A stretch of 64,000 nt of DNA from an uncultured Chloroflexia bacterium (GCA_963825905.1 CAWGUL010000002.1:40574-104573), one strand, 5' to 3'; shown: positions 1 to 10,300, counted from the first letter of the stretch. Program-made: numbers and translations. Notes: generated by a model from the sequence alone, not told the origin.

Positions 1-90
1 GGCGGCGAAGGCGCGGACCGTGTCGCGGACCGTGCGCTCCTCCTCGGTGAGGGAGAACGGGTCGCGCGGCGGCGCGCTGGAGACGGCCAT
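1..90 (-). CDS. acyl-CoA dehydrogenase, first 30 codons only (gene continues beyond the left edge)
   Basis: Minus-strand ATG at 90..88 followed by MAVSSAPPRDPFSLTEEERTVRDTVRAFAA, a typical ACAD N-terminus; ATGA overlap with the stop of the upstream hbd-like gene. Confidence 0.5.
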   Translation of the reverse strand, partial: MAVSSAPPRDPFSLTEEERTVRDTVRAFAA

Positions 91-962
91 CAGCCGACCC
101 GGTTGCCCTTCTCGTCATAGGTGTAGAAGCCGCGTCCGGTCTTGCGGCCGAGGTGGCCGGCCGTGACCATCTGACGCAGCAGGGGGGCGGCGCGGAACTT
201 CGGGTCGCCGAACCCGCGATACAGGACGTCCATCACGCCGAGCATGACGTCGTTGCCGATGAAGTCGGACAGCTCGAGCGGGCCCATCGGATGGTTCAGG
301 CCGAGCTTCGCGCCGGTGTCGATGTCGTCGGCGGTGCCGGTCGACTCCATGAGAGCGAAGACCGCCTCGTTGATGAACGGGCCAAGCATGCGATTGACGA
401 GGAAGCCGGGCATGTCCTTCGACTCGATCACCGTCTTGCCGAGCTCGGTCGCGAACGCGTGGCAGGCGTCGTAGGTGGCGTCATCGGTCTCGAGGCCGCG
501 GATGATCTCGATCAGCTTCATCACCGGCACCGGCGAGAAGAAGTGCAGGCCGATGAAGCGCGGCGGCCGGTCCGTGGTGGTGGCGAGGCCGGTGATGCTG
601 ATGCTGCTCGTGTTGCTGGCGAAGATCGTGCCCGGGTCCGCGGCCGCCGTCACGGCCGCCCACGTCTCGCGCTTGAGCGCCTCGTCCTCGAAGACCGCCT
701 CGATCACGATGTCGTGCCCTGCCACCCCGTCGGTCCCGACCGCCGAACCGATGCGCCCCACGATCGCGTCCGCCGCCGACTGCTCGAGCTTGCCCTTCTC
801 GACCTGGCGCGCGAGGTTGCCGGCGACGCGGTCCCGGCCCTTCGCAGCGAGCTCGGAGGTGCGGTCCGCGAGCGTGACCTGCTTGCCGGCGGCGGCGCTG
901 ACCTGCGCGATGCCATGGCCCATCAGCCCGGCGCCGATGACGTAGACGCGATCGATGCTCAT
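90..962 (-). CDS. hbd: 3-hydroxybutyryl-CoA / 3-hydroxyacyl-CoA dehydrogenase
   Basis: 290-aa ORF; N-terminal NAD Rossmann motif VIGAGLMGHGIAQ and full-length Hbd/FadB-type pattern; GAGG just upstream of the ATG. Confidence 0.9.
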   Translation of the reverse strand: MSIDRVYVIGAGLMGHGIAQVSAAAGKQVTLADRTSELAAKGRDRVAGNLARQVEKGKLEQSAADAIVGRIGSAVGTDGVAGHDIVIEAVFEDEALKRETWAAVTAAADPGTIFASNTSSISITGLATTTDRPPRFIGLHFFSPVPVMKLIEIIRGLETDDATYDACHAFATELGKTVIESKDMPGFLVNRMLGPFINEAVFALMESTGTADDIDTGAKLGLNHPMGPLELSDFIGNDVMLGVMDVLYRGFGDPKFRAAPLLRQMVTAGHLGRKTGRGFYTYDEKGNRVG

Positions 963-976
963 GCCGCCTCAGGGTA

Positions 977-1870
977 TCAGCCGAGGAGGCGCTCGGCGGC
1001 GGTGAGGGGGTCGAGCGACCGCTCCGCGACGGCGGCCACGGTGGCCTCCCACGCCGGCGACGCGGCGGCGCGCGTGGCGCCGAGGTCGGCGAGCGCCCGA
1101 CGCACCTGGCTGGCGGCACGCTCCCGCGCTGCGAGCGGCTCGCGGGCCGCGCTCCGGTGCGCGTCGATGGCGTCCGCGAGCTCGGCGACGCCGTCGGCGG
1201 TGGTGGCGGTCGTGACGAGCACCCTCGGCGGCGTACGGCCGACGCGCCCGCCCGCGGTCGACAGCATGGCGCGCAGCTGACGTGCGGCACGGTCCGCGCC
1301 GGGCCGATCGCCCTTGTTGACGACGACGAGGTCGGCGACCTCGAGCAGGCCGGCCTTGATCGCCTGCACCTCGTCGCCCATCTCCGGCACCTCGACCACC
1401 ACGGTCGTCTCCGCCAGGCGCGCGATCTCGACCTCGGACTGGCCCGCCCCGACCGTCTCGATGACGACCGGGTCGTAACCGGCCGCATCGAGCGCGGCCG
1501 CGGCGATCCACGTCGTGGCGGCGAGCCCGCCCAGCTCGCCTCGGGAGGCCATCGAGCGCATGAAGACGTCCGGGTCGGCCGCATGCTCCATCATCCGGAT
1601 CCGGTCGCCGAGGATCGCGCCGCCGGTGTAGGGCGAGCTCGGATCGACGGCCAGGATGCCGACCCGCCGTCCGCGGCGGCGCCACTCACCGATGAGCGCG
1701 TTGACGAGCGTCGACTTGCCGCTGCCGGGCGGGCCCGTGATGCCGACGACGTGCGCCCCGTGGCCGGCGGCGAAGAGCGAGGGCAGCTCCGTGCGGAGCG
1801 CCGGGTCGCCGCGCTCGATGCGCGTCAGCAGCCGCGCCAGCGGCCGGCGCCCCGCGACGTCGAGGCTCAC
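977..1870 (-). CDS. meaB: MeaB/ArgK-type G3E GTPase (B12-mutase chaperone)
   Basis: 297 aa; P-loop [41 protein letters not shown] and VVNKGD motifs; 4-nt overlap with the B12-subunit gene upstream. Confidence 0.9.
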   Translation of the reverse strand: MSLDVAGRRPLARLLTRIERGDPALRTELPSLFAAGHGAHVVGITGPPGSGKSTLVNALIGEWRRRGRRVGILAVDPSSPYTGGAILGDRIRMMEHAADPDVFMRSMASRGELGGLAATTWIAAAALDAAGYDPVVIETVGAGQSEVEIARLAETTVVVEVPEMGDEVQAIKAGLLEVADLVVVNKGDRPGADRAARQLRAMLSTAGGRVGRTPPRVLVTTATTADGVAELADAIDAHRSAAREPLAARERAASQVRRALADLGATRAAASPAWEATVAAVAERSLDPLTAAERLLG

Positions 1871-2271
1871 GTCCGCTGGCGGACGTGCTCGCGGAAGTAG
1901 CGCGCGATCTCGCCGATGCTCGTGCCGGGGCCGAAGACCTCGGCCACGCCGGCTGCCTTCAGGCGCGTGATGTCGGCGTCGGGAATGATCCCGCCGGCGG
2001 CGACGAGCACGTCGTCCATGCCGCGCTCGCGGAGCAGCGTCACCGTCCGCGGCAGGAGCGCCATGTGCGCGCCCGACAGGATCGAGAGCCCGACGACGTC
2101 GACGTCCTCCTGCTCGGCGGCGTCGGCGATCATCTCCGGTGTCTGCCGCAGGCCGGTGTAGATGACCTCGAACCCCTCGTCGCGGAGGCCGCGAGCGAGG
2201 ACCTTCGCGCCGCGGTCGTGCCCGTCGAGACCCGGCTTGGCGATGAGGACGCGGATCGGCGTGTCGGTCAT
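1867..2271 (-). CDS. icmB: cobalamin-binding small subunit of an acyl-CoA mutase (IcmB-like)
   Basis: 134 aa; [18 protein letters not shown] contains the DxHxxG B12-binding signature; stand-alone small subunit next to meaB. The icmB assignment is inferred from the large subunit at 23219..24967. Confidence 0.8.
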   Translation of the reverse strand: MTDTPIRVLIAKPGLDGHDRGAKVLARGLRDEGFEVIYTGLRQTPEMIADAAEQEDVDVVGLSILSGAHMALLPRTVTLLRERGMDDVLVAAGGIIPDADITRLKAAGVAEVFGPGTSIGEIARYFREHVRQRT

Positions 2272-2573
2272 GCGGGCCCGATTCTAGCGAGCCGGTCGAT
2301 CTCGGCCGCGAGCGCCATGTCGCGGGCCGTGACCGCCGCGGCGGCGCGCGTGCGGAGCGTGAAGGTCACGCGGCGGTAGCGGCAAAGGCTGATGTCCGGA
2401 TGATGGTCGGCCGCCTCGGCGGCGACCGCCACCTCGTCGATGAGCCGGATCGCGGCGGCGAAGTCGGCCGCGCTGATCGTCCGCGAGATGGCGTCGCCGT
2501 CACGGGCCCAGCCGTCCAGGCCCGCCAGGCCGGCGTCGAGCTCGGCATCGGTGAGGGGGTCCGCGTATGGCAT
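2268..2573 (-). CDS. 4a-hydroxytetrahydrobiopterin dehydratase (PCD/DCoH)
   Basis: 101 aa; [14 protein letters not shown] matches the PCD signature [DE]xxxHHPxxxxx[YW]; overlaps neighbouring genes by 4 nt. Confidence 0.85.
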   Translation of the reverse strand: MPYADPLTDAELDAGLAGLDGWARDGDAISRTISAADFAAAIRLIDEVAVAAEAADHHPDISLCRYRRVTFTLRTRAAAAVTARDMALAAEIDRLARIGPA

Positions 2574-2577
2574 CGGC

Positions 2578-3159
2578 CTAGGTCGAGCCGCCCTTGCCGA
2601 TGAGGCCCATGAACTCGCCGCGCGTGCGCGCGTCGCGGCGGAACGTGCCGAGCATCGACGATGTGACCATGCGCGCCTCCTGCTTCCGCACGCCGCGCAT
2701 CATCGTGCACAGGTGGGATGCCTCCACCACGCAGGCGACGCCCTTCGGCGACAGCCGCTCCATCAGGAAGTCCGCGACCTGCACGGTGAGTCGCTCCTGA
2801 ACCTGGAGGCGGTGCGCGTACATGTCGACGATGCGCGGGATCTTCGACAGCCCGATGACGCGCCCCTTCGGCAGGTAGCCGACATGGGCCGTGCCGATGA
2901 ACGGCAGCAGGTGGTGCTCGCACAGGCTGTAGAACTCGATGTCGCGCACGACGACCATCTCGTCGTAGTCGACGTCGAAGCAGGCGCCGTTGATGAGCGC
3001 CTCGGGGTCGACGTGGTAGCCGGCGGTCAGCTCGTCGTACATCCGCCGCACCCGCTCCGGGGTGCGGGCGAGCCCCTCACGCGTGGGGTCCTCGCCGATC
3101 TCGCTCAGCAGGGTGCGAACGGCCGATTCGAGATCGGCCCCGGGTCGCGAGTCGCTCAT
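2578..3159 (-). CDS. folE: GTP cyclohydrolase I
   Basis: [20 protein letters not shown] and the rest of the FolE core. Start moved to ATG 3159 (MSDSRPG...) because the upstream 39 codons of the ORF track are Arg/Pro junk and a TACCAT box lies 8 nt upstream. Confidence 0.9.
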   Translation of the reverse strand: MSDSRPGADLESAVRTLLSEIGEDPTREGLARTPERVRRMYDELTAGYHVDPEALINGACFDVDYDEMVVVRDIEFYSLCEHHLLPFIGTAHVGYLPKGRVIGLSKIPRIVDMYAHRLQVQERLTVQVADFLMERLSPKGVACVVEASHLCTMMRGVRKQEARMVTSSMLGTFRRDARTRGEFMGLIGKGGST

Positions 3160-3167
3160 CGGGGCCG

Positions 3168-3173
3168 ATGGTA
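3168..3173 (-). promoter_or_regulatory. -10-like box TACCAT, 8 nt before the folE ATG
   Basis: Minus strand GGTACCATCGG-ccccg-ATG with no SD; the same 11-mer GGTACCATCGG recurs at 27780..27790. Confidence 0.4.
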
Positions 3174-3268
3174 CCAGCGGCCGCCTGCGACCAACGGGCG
3201 GGTCGGCGGGAGCGCGGTCGCGATACACTCGGGTTTGACCGGACGCACCACGCTTAGGACCCAACACG

Positions 3269-3835
3269 GTGATCATTCACCAGGCCATTCGACGCACGAG
3301 ACCGATGGGCATGGCCGCGCTCGGCGCGCTCGCCGGCGACCCACTCGCGCGTGCCCTGGGCCGGCTGCTCGACGACGACTACCACTACCTGCGTGGCGTG
3401 CCGGCGGCCGGCGACACGATCGACACGATCGTCGTCGGCCCGGGCGGGACGTGGGCGATCGCCCCGATCAACGAGCACGGGCGCTTCCGCAAGCGCAACG
3501 GCCACTGGTACCGCTGGAACCGCGGCACCGAGTCCTGGGTCCCGTGGCTCGCGGCACCCGTCGACGCGGCGCGCATGGCGGGCCATCGCCTGCGGCTCGT
3601 GCTCGAACGCGCCGCCGTGCCGGCCGAGGTGGAGGCCTGCCTGCTGTCCGACGCGTCCACCCTGATCGAGTGGGAGCCCGACCAGCGGCCGGGAATCCAC
3701 GTCCAGCGCGAGCCGGAGACGCTGGCGGCCCGCATCATGCGCGACGCGGTGCTGTCCCCGTCCCAGGTCGAGCGGATCGTCACGCTGCTCGACCCGCGTC
3801 AGCCACTCCCTCAGCTCGCCCCGTCACCCCGCTGA
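3269..3835 (+). CDS. NERD-domain protein (nuclease-related domain)
   Basis: 188 aa; [29 protein letters not shown] resembles the NERD core (IDhlvigPgGvfvIe). Start uncertain (GTG 3269 or ATG 3305). Confidence 0.6.
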   Translation: MIIHQAIRRTRPMGMAALGALAGDPLARALGRLLDDDYHYLRGVPAAGDTIDTIVVGPGGTWAIAPINEHGRFRKRNGHWYRWNRGTESWVPWLAAPVDAARMAGHRLRLVLERAAVPAEVEACLLSDASTLIEWEPDQRPGIHVQREPETLAARIMRDAVLSPSQVERIVTLLDPRQPLPQLAPSPR

Positions 3836-4512
3836 GCGCGCGGTCCCACGCTCGACGGGACACGCGGATCGAGCACCGTGCTCAGGGTGGCGAAGACCAC
3901 CACGCCGGCCAGCCCGAGCAGGTAGCCGCCGATGACGTCGCTCGGGTAGTGGGCGCCGAGGTAGACGCGGCTCAGCCCCACCACGCCGATGAGGAGCCCG
4001 AGCCCCGCGATGGCGGCGACCCGCAGCCAGGGCGGCAGGCTCGTGCGCGCCACCAGGACCGCGACCACGCCGTAGGCGATCATCGCCGACAGGCTGTGGC
4101 CGGACGGGAAGGAGTAGCCGGGCTCGACCACGATGGGCGGGATGATGCTCGGGCGCGGGCGCTCCACGGCGAGCTTGATCGAGGAGTTCGCGAGCGAGGC
4201 GAGACCGACCATCGCCGCCGCCGCCAGACCGAGACGCCAGCGGCCGGCGAGCATCTCGACGGCCGCCACCGCGACCGCCACGATCGCCACCCACCACGTG
4301 GAGCCGAGCTGGGTCGCGCTGCCGAGCCAGGCGAGCGGGGCGACGAGCGGACGCGCCCGGACCGCGTCGATCACCGCCTGGTCGACGCCCCGCACGACGC
4401 CGCCATCGATGAGCATGACGAGCCCGACCACGAGCGCCAGGTCGAGGGCCACGATCCCGACCGCGGTCCGAACCGATGGGGCGAGGCGGGCGCGGCGAAC
4501 GTCGGTCGGCAT
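3811..4512 (-). CDS. PAP2-family phosphatase (membrane)
   Basis: 233 aa; the three PAP2 motifs KLAVERPRP, SFPSGHS and SRVYLGAHYPSDV; several hydrophobic helices. Confidence 0.85.
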   Translation of the reverse strand: MPTDVRRARLAPSVRTAVGIVALDLALVVGLVMLIDGGVVRGVDQAVIDAVRARPLVAPLAWLGSATQLGSTWWVAIVAVAVAAVEMLAGRWRLGLAAAAMVGLASLANSSIKLAVERPRPSIIPPIVVEPGYSFPSGHSLSAMIAYGVVAVLVARTSLPPWLRVAAIAGLGLLIGVVGLSRVYLGAHYPSDVIGGYLLGLAGVVVFATLSTVLDPRVPSSVGPRAQRGDGAS

Positions 4513-4521
4513 CGAGCGGCC

Positions 4522-4527
4522 AGTCTA
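4522..4527 (-). promoter_or_regulatory. -10-like box TAGACT, 9 nt before the PAP2 ATG (4512)
   Basis: Minus strand TAGACT-ggccgctcg-ATG; no SD. Confidence 0.4.
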
Positions 4528-4538
4528 GGGCCGACCGA

Positions 4539-4544
4539 TATCAT
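4539..4544 (+). promoter_or_regulatory. -10-like box TATCAT, 9 nt before ATG 4554
   Basis: TATCAT-ccgctcccc-ATG; no SD; divergent from the PAP2 box 12 nt away. Confidence 0.4.
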
Positions 4545-4553
4545 CCGCTCCCC

Positions 4554-6605
4554 ATGAGCAAGGCCGGCCCGACCCGCAGCCCGGCGCGCGCGGTGATCGG
4601 CGCGGCCGGCGCCGCGCTGCTGCTGGCGGCGGCGTGGCTCGTCCCGCCGCTCGCCGTCGTCGTCGTCTGGCCGCTCCTCTTCGTTCTCCCCGGCTGGGTC
4701 GTCGTGTCGTGGCTCGCCCCGCGGCTCGCGGCGCCGGGACGGCTCGGGCTCGCCATCGTCGGCTCGATCGCGCTGAGCGCCCACCTCGTGTTCTGGGTCT
4801 CGGTCGTCATCGGCGCGCTCGGCGACGGGCACGGCTACGGGAGGCCTGCCATCTTCGTTGCGGCCGCGCTGCTCGCCTTGCCGGTGGTCGTGGCGCCGGC
4901 ACGCGGCGGCTGGCCGTCGCGGACCGGGGTGCGGCGCGCGGTCGTGCGCCACCGCGCGGCGTTCGCACTGGCCGGCCTCGCCGGCGGGTTCGTGGCCCTC
5001 GTCCTCGGCCTCGGGCTGTGGCACGTGACGCCGGGCGGCGTGTCGGCCGGCGGCTCGAACTGGAGCGACCTGCCGGTCCACCTCGCGATCGCCCAGAGCC
5101 TCAACGCCGGCAACTTCCCGCCCCAGGTCCCCTACTTCGCCGGCGTGCCGCTCGTCTACCACTGGTTCGCCGACTTCCACGCCGCCATCGCCGCGGATGC
5201 CGCCGGCCTGTTCGCGATCCCGGCCATGGTCGTCGGCTCGGCGGTGGGAGCCGCCGCGCTGGCGCTCTGCGTCCACGGCCTGACGCGGCGGCTCGTCGGC
5301 GGGATCGGAGCGCGCCGGGTGGCGCTGCTCGCGGTCGTGCTCGTCGTCTTCGCCGGCGGCCTCGGCTGGACGCGGCTGGTGAGCGACCTCGCGGCGGGCG
5401 GCAACGCGGTGGCGCTCGTCACGCACAACAGCTACGACAACTTCTGGTACGACAGCGCCGGCGCGGTGAGCTGGCCCTACTTCCGCATCCCGTCGGTGAT
5501 GGGCACCGGCCTCCTCGTCCACCGCGCGACCGCGCTCGGGCTGCCGATGCTCGTCGGCGCCATGCTGCTCCTCACCCTCGGCATGCCGACGCGGCGCGAG
5601 CGTGCGGCCGGGCACTTGGACCGGCCGGGCATCGTCCTCGCCGCCGGCGTCCTCATCGCGCTGCTGGCGCCGTTCCACTTCTTCTTCTTCCCCGCGGTGC
5701 TCGTGCTCGCGCTGCTCTGGGTGCTCATCGGCGGGCGACTCGTCGATCGCGCCGCGCCTGGCAACGCGTTGCTCCTGCTCGCCCCGCTCGTCCTCGCCAT
5801 GCCGTTCGCCCTCCCGGCGCTCACACAGGCGAGTGGCAGCGGCGCGCTGGGCTGGGTTCGCGGCTGGGAGTCCGCCCCGAGATCGGACGGACTGGCGGCG
5901 GTGGCGTTCTTCTACGTGACCAACCTCGGCGTGCCGTTCGCGCTTGCCATCGTCGCCGGCGCGATCGGGCTGCTGGCGCGCGCCGGGGCGCGCATTGCCT
6001 TCCTCGCGGCGTGGATGGTGGCGCTGTTCGTCATCCCGAACGTCGTGCAGGCGAGCGCCATCTCGTTCGACATGAACAAGCTGTTCCAGGCGATGTGGCC
6101 GGCGGCCGCCATCCTGGCCGCGTGGCTCATGCGGCGCTGGCCCGCGCCCGCCGTGGCGGTCGTGCTGCTGCTCAGCCTCCCGAGCCCGCTCCTCGTCGGC
6201 GCCTGGACCGCCGCCGGCAACCTTCAGATGCTGACCCGCGACCAGCTGGCGGCGGCGGACTGGGCTGCCACCACGCCGGCGCGCAGCGTGTTCGTGACCG
6301 ACGGCTGGCTCCACAGCTTCACCGACCCGGCCGGGCGGCTGCGTGTCGGCACGTTCGGGCCATACGTGGCGAACCTCGGCTACGACCCCGACCCGCGCGA
6401 CGAGATCGTACGGTCGATCTACTGCGGCGGTGACGCGGCGCGGGCCGTCGACCTGGCGCGCGGCCTCGGCGCCGCCTACATCGTCGACGCCGGCCGGCCG
6501 ACGCCGTGCGAGACGCCGACCGACTTCGCATCCGATCCACGCCTGCGGCTCGCGTACGAAAACCCGGCGCTCCGGGTATGGCTCGTCCCGGCTGCAGGTT
6601 CCTGA
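4554..6605 (+). CDS. large polytopic membrane protein, possibly GT-C-like glycosyltransferase (function unassigned)
   Basis: Start taken at ATG 4554 (MSKAGPT...; TATCAT box 9 nt upstream). Many hydrophobic helices. The loop SDLPVHLAIAQSLNAGNFPPQVPYFAGVPLVYHWFADF resembles GT-C / DUF2298-YYY type proteins. High GC3 throughout. Confidence 0.6.
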   Translation: MSKAGPTRSPARAVIGAAGAALLLAAAWLVPPLAVVVVWPLLFVLPGWVVVSWLAPRLAAPGRLGLAIVGSIALSAHLVFWVSVVIGALGDGHGYGRPAIFVAAALLALPVVVAPARGGWPSRTGVRRAVVRHRAAFALAGLAGGFVALVLGLGLWHVTPGGVSAGGSNWSDLPVHLAIAQSLNAGNFPPQVPYFAGVPLVYHWFADFHAAIAADAAGLFAIPAMVVGSAVGAAALALCVHGLTRRLVGGIGARRVALLAVVLVVFAGGLGWTRLVSDLAAGGNAVALVTHNSYDNFWYDSAGAVSWPYFRIPSVMGTGLLVHRATALGLPMLVGAMLLLTLGMPTRRERAAGHLDRPGIVLAAGVLIALLAPFHFFFFPAVLVLALLWVLIGGRLVDRAAPGNALLLLAPLVLAMPFALPALTQASGSGALGWVRGWESAPRSDGLAAVAFFYVTNLGVPFALAIVAGAIGLLARAGARIAFLAAWMVALFVIPNVVQASAISFDMNKLFQAMWPAAAILAAWLMRRWPAPAVAVVLLLSLPSPLLVGAWTAAGNLQMLTRDQLAAADWAATTPARSVFVTDGWLHSFTDPAGRLRVGTFGPYVANLGYDPDPRDEIVRSIYCGGDAARAVDLARGLGAAYIVDAGRPTPCETPTDFASDPRLRLAYENPALRVWLVPAAGS

Positions 6606-6616
6606 CACTCGGCCCG

Positions 6617-6622
6617 TATCAT
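6617..6622 (+). promoter_or_regulatory. -10-like box TATCAT, 6 nt before GTG 6629
   Basis: TATCAT-cggtcc-GTG; classic leaderless spacing. Confidence 0.45.
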
Positions 6623-6628
6623 CGGTCC

Positions 6629-7822
6629 GTGAGCAGCACCGACCCGGTCGCGCGCCGCGGGGGCGCGGTCGTCGCCCTCGAGCACGTCACGAAGACCTAC
6701 GCGCGTGCCGATGCGCCGGCCGTCAACGACCTGTCGCTCACCGTGCCGGCCGGCGAGATCTGCGTCCTCGTCGGACCGTCCGGCTGCGGCAAGACGACGA
6801 CGATGAAGATGATCAACCGCCTCATCGAGCCGACGAGCGGCCGGATCACGATCGACGGCGACGACGTGCTTGCCATGCCCGCGGTCGAGCTGCGACGAAA
6901 GATCGGCTACGTCATCCAGCAGGTCGGCCTCTTTCCGCACCTCACGATCGGCGACAACGTGGCGGTCGTGCCGCGCCTCCTGCGCTGGCCCGCCGCGCGC
7001 ATCCGGGCCCGCGTCGACGAGCTGCTCGAGCTCGTCGGCCTCGACCCCGCGGCGGATCGCGGCCGCTACCCGGCGGAGCTGTCGGGTGGCGAGCGCCAGC
7101 GGGTCGGCGTGGCACGCGCGCTCGCCGCCGATCCGCCGGTGATGCTCATGGACGAGCCGTTCGGGGCGGTCGACCCGATCCGCCGCGATCGGCTGCAGAA
7201 CGAGTTCCTCCGGCTGCAGGCGCAGGTGCGCAAGACGATCGTGTTCGTGACCCACGACGTGGACGAGGCGATCAAGATGGCCGACCGCATCGCGATCCTG
7301 CAGCGTGGCGGCGTGCTCGCCCAGTACGACACCCCGGACGCGATCCTCGCCAATCCCGCGACCGAGTTCGTGGCGCGCTTCGTCGGCGCCGACCGCGGCC
7401 TGAAGCGTCTCTCGCTCGGCCGCGTGCGCGACGTGCCGATGATCGAGCCCATCCTCGTGCACGCGGACGAGGACCGCGACGCGGTCCGCCGCCGCCTGGC
7501 CGACCGGGAGGAGCTCGACTTCGCTCTGCTCGTCGACGATCGTGATAGACCGCTCGGCTGGATCGACGGCAGCGATCTCGCCGGCAGCGGCCCGATCCCC
7601 GCCAGCGCCGCGACGCCCGGGGCGCCCACCGTCGAGCCGGAGTCGACGCTCCGCGACGCGCTGTCGGCGATGCTCGGCTCGTCGGTGCAGCTCGGGGTGG
7701 TGGTGGACGACCGCGACCGGGTCGTCGGCCTCATCAGCGTCGACGCCATCGGCGAGGTCCTGCGCGCGCCGGTGCGTGGCGCCGACGGCGAGCTCCATCC
7801 GGTGGGTGAGGCCGTCACGTGA
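6629..7822 (+). CDS. osmoprotectant (glycine betaine/choline type) ABC transporter ATP-binding protein with C-terminal CBS region
   Basis: Walker [11 protein letters not shown], signature LSGGERQR, Walker B MLMDEPF, then a CBS-pair-like tail. Start set to GTG 6629 (TATCAT box 6 nt upstream; avoids overlap with the previous gene); the ORF track starts at 6506. Confidence 0.9.
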   Translation: MSSTDPVARRGGAVVALEHVTKTYARADAPAVNDLSLTVPAGEICVLVGPSGCGKTTTMKMINRLIEPTSGRITIDGDDVLAMPAVELRRKIGYVIQQVGLFPHLTIGDNVAVVPRLLRWPAARIRARVDELLELVGLDPAADRGRYPAELSGGERQRVGVARALAADPPVMLMDEPFGAVDPIRRDRLQNEFLRLQAQVRKTIVFVTHDVDEAIKMADRIAILQRGGVLAQYDTPDAILANPATEFVARFVGADRGLKRLSLGRVRDVPMIEPILVHADEDRDAVRRRLADREELDFALLVDDRDRPLGWIDGSDLAGSGPIPASAATPGAPTVEPESTLRDALSAMLGSSVQLGVVVDDRDRVVGLISVDAIGEVLRAPVRGADGELHPVGEAVT

Positions 7823-8481
7823 TCGAGGGCCAGCCCTTCATCGACGTCGGCTGGGTGCTCGACAACCTTGACCAGCTGGCCCGGCGCGTCGGCGAGCATC
7901 TCCTCGTGACGTCGATCGCGGTCGTGATCGGCTTCGTGCTCTCATTCGCGCTCGCCCTGCTCATCCGCCGCTACCCCCCGCTCTACGGCCCGGTCCTCGC
8001 GGTGAGCGGCATCCTCTACGCCATCCCCAGCATCGCGCTCTTCGTGCTGTTCATCCCGATCACCGGCCTGTCGCTCGTGACGGCCGAGATCGCGCTCGTC
8101 AGCTACACGCTCGTCATCCTGGTACGCAACATCGTCACCGGGCTGCGCGGCGTCCCGCCGGAGGTGATCGAGGCCGCGACGGGGATGGGCTTCACGCCCC
8201 GCGAGCGCCTCTGGCGCGTGGAGCTGCCGATCGCGCTCCCGATCATCGTGGCGGGCGTGCGAATCGCGACCGTGACCACGATCGGGCTCGTCACCATCGC
8301 CACCCTGACCGGCCTCGGCGGCCTCGGCTACCTGATCGTGAACATCGGCATCCAGCGGCGCTTCCCGACCGCCACGCTGACCGGCGTCGTGGCGGTCGTC
8401 ATCCTGTCGACGCTCGTCGACGTGGCGCTCGTCGCCCTCCAGCGCCGCCTCACGCCATGGGCTCGGGCGCGCGGGGGCTGA
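7819..8481 (+). CDS. ABC transporter permease (OpuC/OsmU type)
   Basis: 220 aa, multi-helix; EAA-type loop EAATGMGFTPRERLWRVELP; 4-nt overlap with the ATPase gene. Confidence 0.9.
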   Translation: MIEGQPFIDVGWVLDNLDQLARRVGEHLLVTSIAVVIGFVLSFALALLIRRYPPLYGPVLAVSGILYAIPSIALFVLFIPITGLSLVTAEIALVSYTLVILVRNIVTGLRGVPPEVIEAATGMGFTPRERLWRVELPIALPIIVAGVRIATVTTIGLVTIATLTGLGGLGYLIVNIGIQRRFPTATLTGVVAVVILSTLVDVALVALQRRLTPWARARGG

Positions 8482-8485
8482 GCCG

Positions 8486-9229
8486 ATGGACTTCTTCGGC
8501 CAGGTCTGGGCCTGGTACACCGATCCCGCGCACTGGACCGGCAACAACAGCATCGCACTCCGGCTGTGGGAGCACGTCTCGCTGTCGGCGGTGGCGATCG
8601 TGGCGTCGCTCCTCATCGCCCTGCCGGTCGGCCTGTACATCGGCCATACCGGGCGTGGCGCCCGGATCGCGGTCGCGATCAGCAACATCGGTCGCTCGGT
8701 GCCCTCGCTCGGCTGGTTCGGGATCGTCTACCCGATCAGCACCGGCCTCCTCCATCGCGGCGGGATCGGCTTCGTGCCGTCGGTGATCGGCCTGATCGCG
8801 CTGGCCATCCCGCCGATCGTGACGAACACCTACGCCGGCATCAGCGAGGTCGATCCCGAGCTGCGGGAGGCCGGACGGGGCATGGGGATGCGGGAGCTCC
8901 AGGTGCTCGGGCGGGTCGAGGTGCCGGTCGCGCTCCCGGTGATCCTCGCCGGCATCCGCATCTCCGCGGTCGCGGTCGTCGCGACGGCGCCGCTGGCCGC
9001 GCTCGTCGGGGGCGGCACGCTCGGCTCGTTCATCCTCCAGGGGCTGGCCCTCGCCGACCAGGTCCGCGTCTTCGCCGCCGCCCTCCTGGTCATCGTGCTC
9101 GCGGTCGCGACCGAGCTGGCGCTCGCGTGGCTCCAGCGGGCGGCGGTCTCCCCTGGGGTGCGGCGCGACCCGCGACGGGATGCGGATCGGCCCAGCGCGC
9201 CGGCGCTTCCGGAGGCCGCGGGCGGTTGA
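8486..9229 (+). CDS. ABC transporter permease (OpuC/OsmU type)
   Basis: 247 aa, multi-helix; EAA-type loop EAGRGMGMRELQVLGRVEVP. Confidence 0.9.
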   Translation: MDFFGQVWAWYTDPAHWTGNNSIALRLWEHVSLSAVAIVASLLIALPVGLYIGHTGRGARIAVAISNIGRSVPSLGWFGIVYPISTGLLHRGGIGFVPSVIGLIALAIPPIVTNTYAGISEVDPELREAGRGMGMRELQVLGRVEVPVALPVILAGIRISAVAVVATAPLAALVGGGTLGSFILQGLALADQVRVFAAALLVIVLAVATELALAWLQRAAVSPGVRRDPRRDADRPSAPALPEAAGG

Positions 9230-9340
9230 ACGTCGCGGCCCGAAACGGCGTACACGTCATCGTCACGAGTCGGCTGTAGACTGCCCGGACGCACCGCAGC
9301 CACGCGGTCGAATCACACACTGGAGTCGGAGGAGGACCCA

Positions 9341-10273
9341 ATGCGGATGTACCGCACGCTCGCTCTCGGGGCGGCGTCGCTGGCGCTCATCCTGAGCGCC
9401 TGCTCGCCGGGTGGGAGCGGAGGCTCGCCAAGCGGCAGCACCGCGGCGAAGCCAACCATCAAGGTCGGATCGGCAGGCTTCTGGGAGGCTGCCGTGGTCG
9501 CCGAAATGTACGCCCAGGCGCTCGAGGCGAAGGGCTACACAGCCGAACGGCACCTCGAGATCGGCGAGCGACCCGCCGTTCTCTCGGCGCTGAGCTCCGG
9601 ACAGGTCAACCTCGTCCCGGACTACCTCGGTGGCCTCGGCGGGCAGGGGCTCGGGTTGACCGACCTGTCGTCGGATCCGCAGCAGGCGGTCACGAACATG
9701 AAGGACGGCCTGGCCAGCAAGGGCTGGGTCATCTTCGATCCCTCGCCGGGGACCGATGCCGACGGCTTCGCGGTTCGCAAGGAGACGGCCGATGCAAAGC
9801 ACATCGCCACGATGAGCGACCTCGCCGGCGTCGCGAAGGACCTCGTCTGGGGTCTCGCCGAGGGCTGCCCCGACAACCCGGTCTGCGGCCCCGGCCTGAA
9901 GTCGGTGTACGGGATCGACATCGCGACCCTCCAGGTCGAGACGCTGCCGGCGTGCAGCACCGACATCGCAACCTCGCTGAGCGACCAGGCGATCGACGTC
10001 GCCCAGGTCTGCACCACGCAGCCAGAGATCGCGACGATGAACTTCGTGCTGATGGAGGACGACAAGCACCTCCAGCCGGCGCAGAACATCGTGCCGCTCG
10101 CGGCGAAGCAGCTCGCCGACGCGGCACCGGCTGACTTCGCGGCGACGTTGAACGCCATCCAGGCGAAGCTGACGACGGATGCGCTGACCCAGCTCGGGGC
10201 GGCGATCAACATCCAGCACCAGGAGATCCCGGACGCGGCGCGGAAGTTCCTCCAGGACAACGGCCTGCTGTAG
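9341..10273 (+). CDS. glycine betaine/osmoprotectant ABC transporter substrate-binding lipoprotein (OpuAC family)
   Basis: 310 aa; signal peptide with lipobox LSAC; OpuAC-type pattern (IKVGSAGFWEAAVVAEMYAQALEAKGY...LVPDYLGG); GGAGGAGG Shine-Dalgarno upstream. Confidence 0.9.
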   Translation: MRMYRTLALGAASLALILSACSPGGSGGSPSGSTAAKPTIKVGSAGFWEAAVVAEMYAQALEAKGYTAERHLEIGERPAVLSALSSGQVNLVPDYLGGLGGQGLGLTDLSSDPQQAVTNMKDGLASKGWVIFDPSPGTDADGFAVRKETADAKHIATMSDLAGVAKDLVWGLAEGCPDNPVCGPGLKSVYGIDIATLQVETLPACSTDIATSLSDQAIDVAQVCTTQPEIATMNFVLMEDDKHLQPAQNIVPLAAKQLADAAPADFAATLNAIQAKLTTDALTQLGAAINIQHQEIPDAARKFLQDNGLL

Positions 10274-10300
10274 CCGCGCACCGTCCCACACACTCTGAAC

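Noticed and set aside
3269-3835. NERD-domain protein as part of a defence island
   Set aside because: It is a single gene between folE and a PAP2 phosphatase. No helicase, methylase, nuclease partner or other defence gene is adjacent.
2440-6608. Very long ORFs in the track (2440..4557 +, 705 aa; 4371..6608 -, 745 aa; 4634..6433 +, 599 aa)
   Set aside because: They are Arg/Ala/Pro/Gly/Asp low-complexity translations lying antisense to or out of frame with genes that have clear family motifs (FolE, PAP2, the large membrane protein). Stop-poor alternative frames are expected at this GC content.
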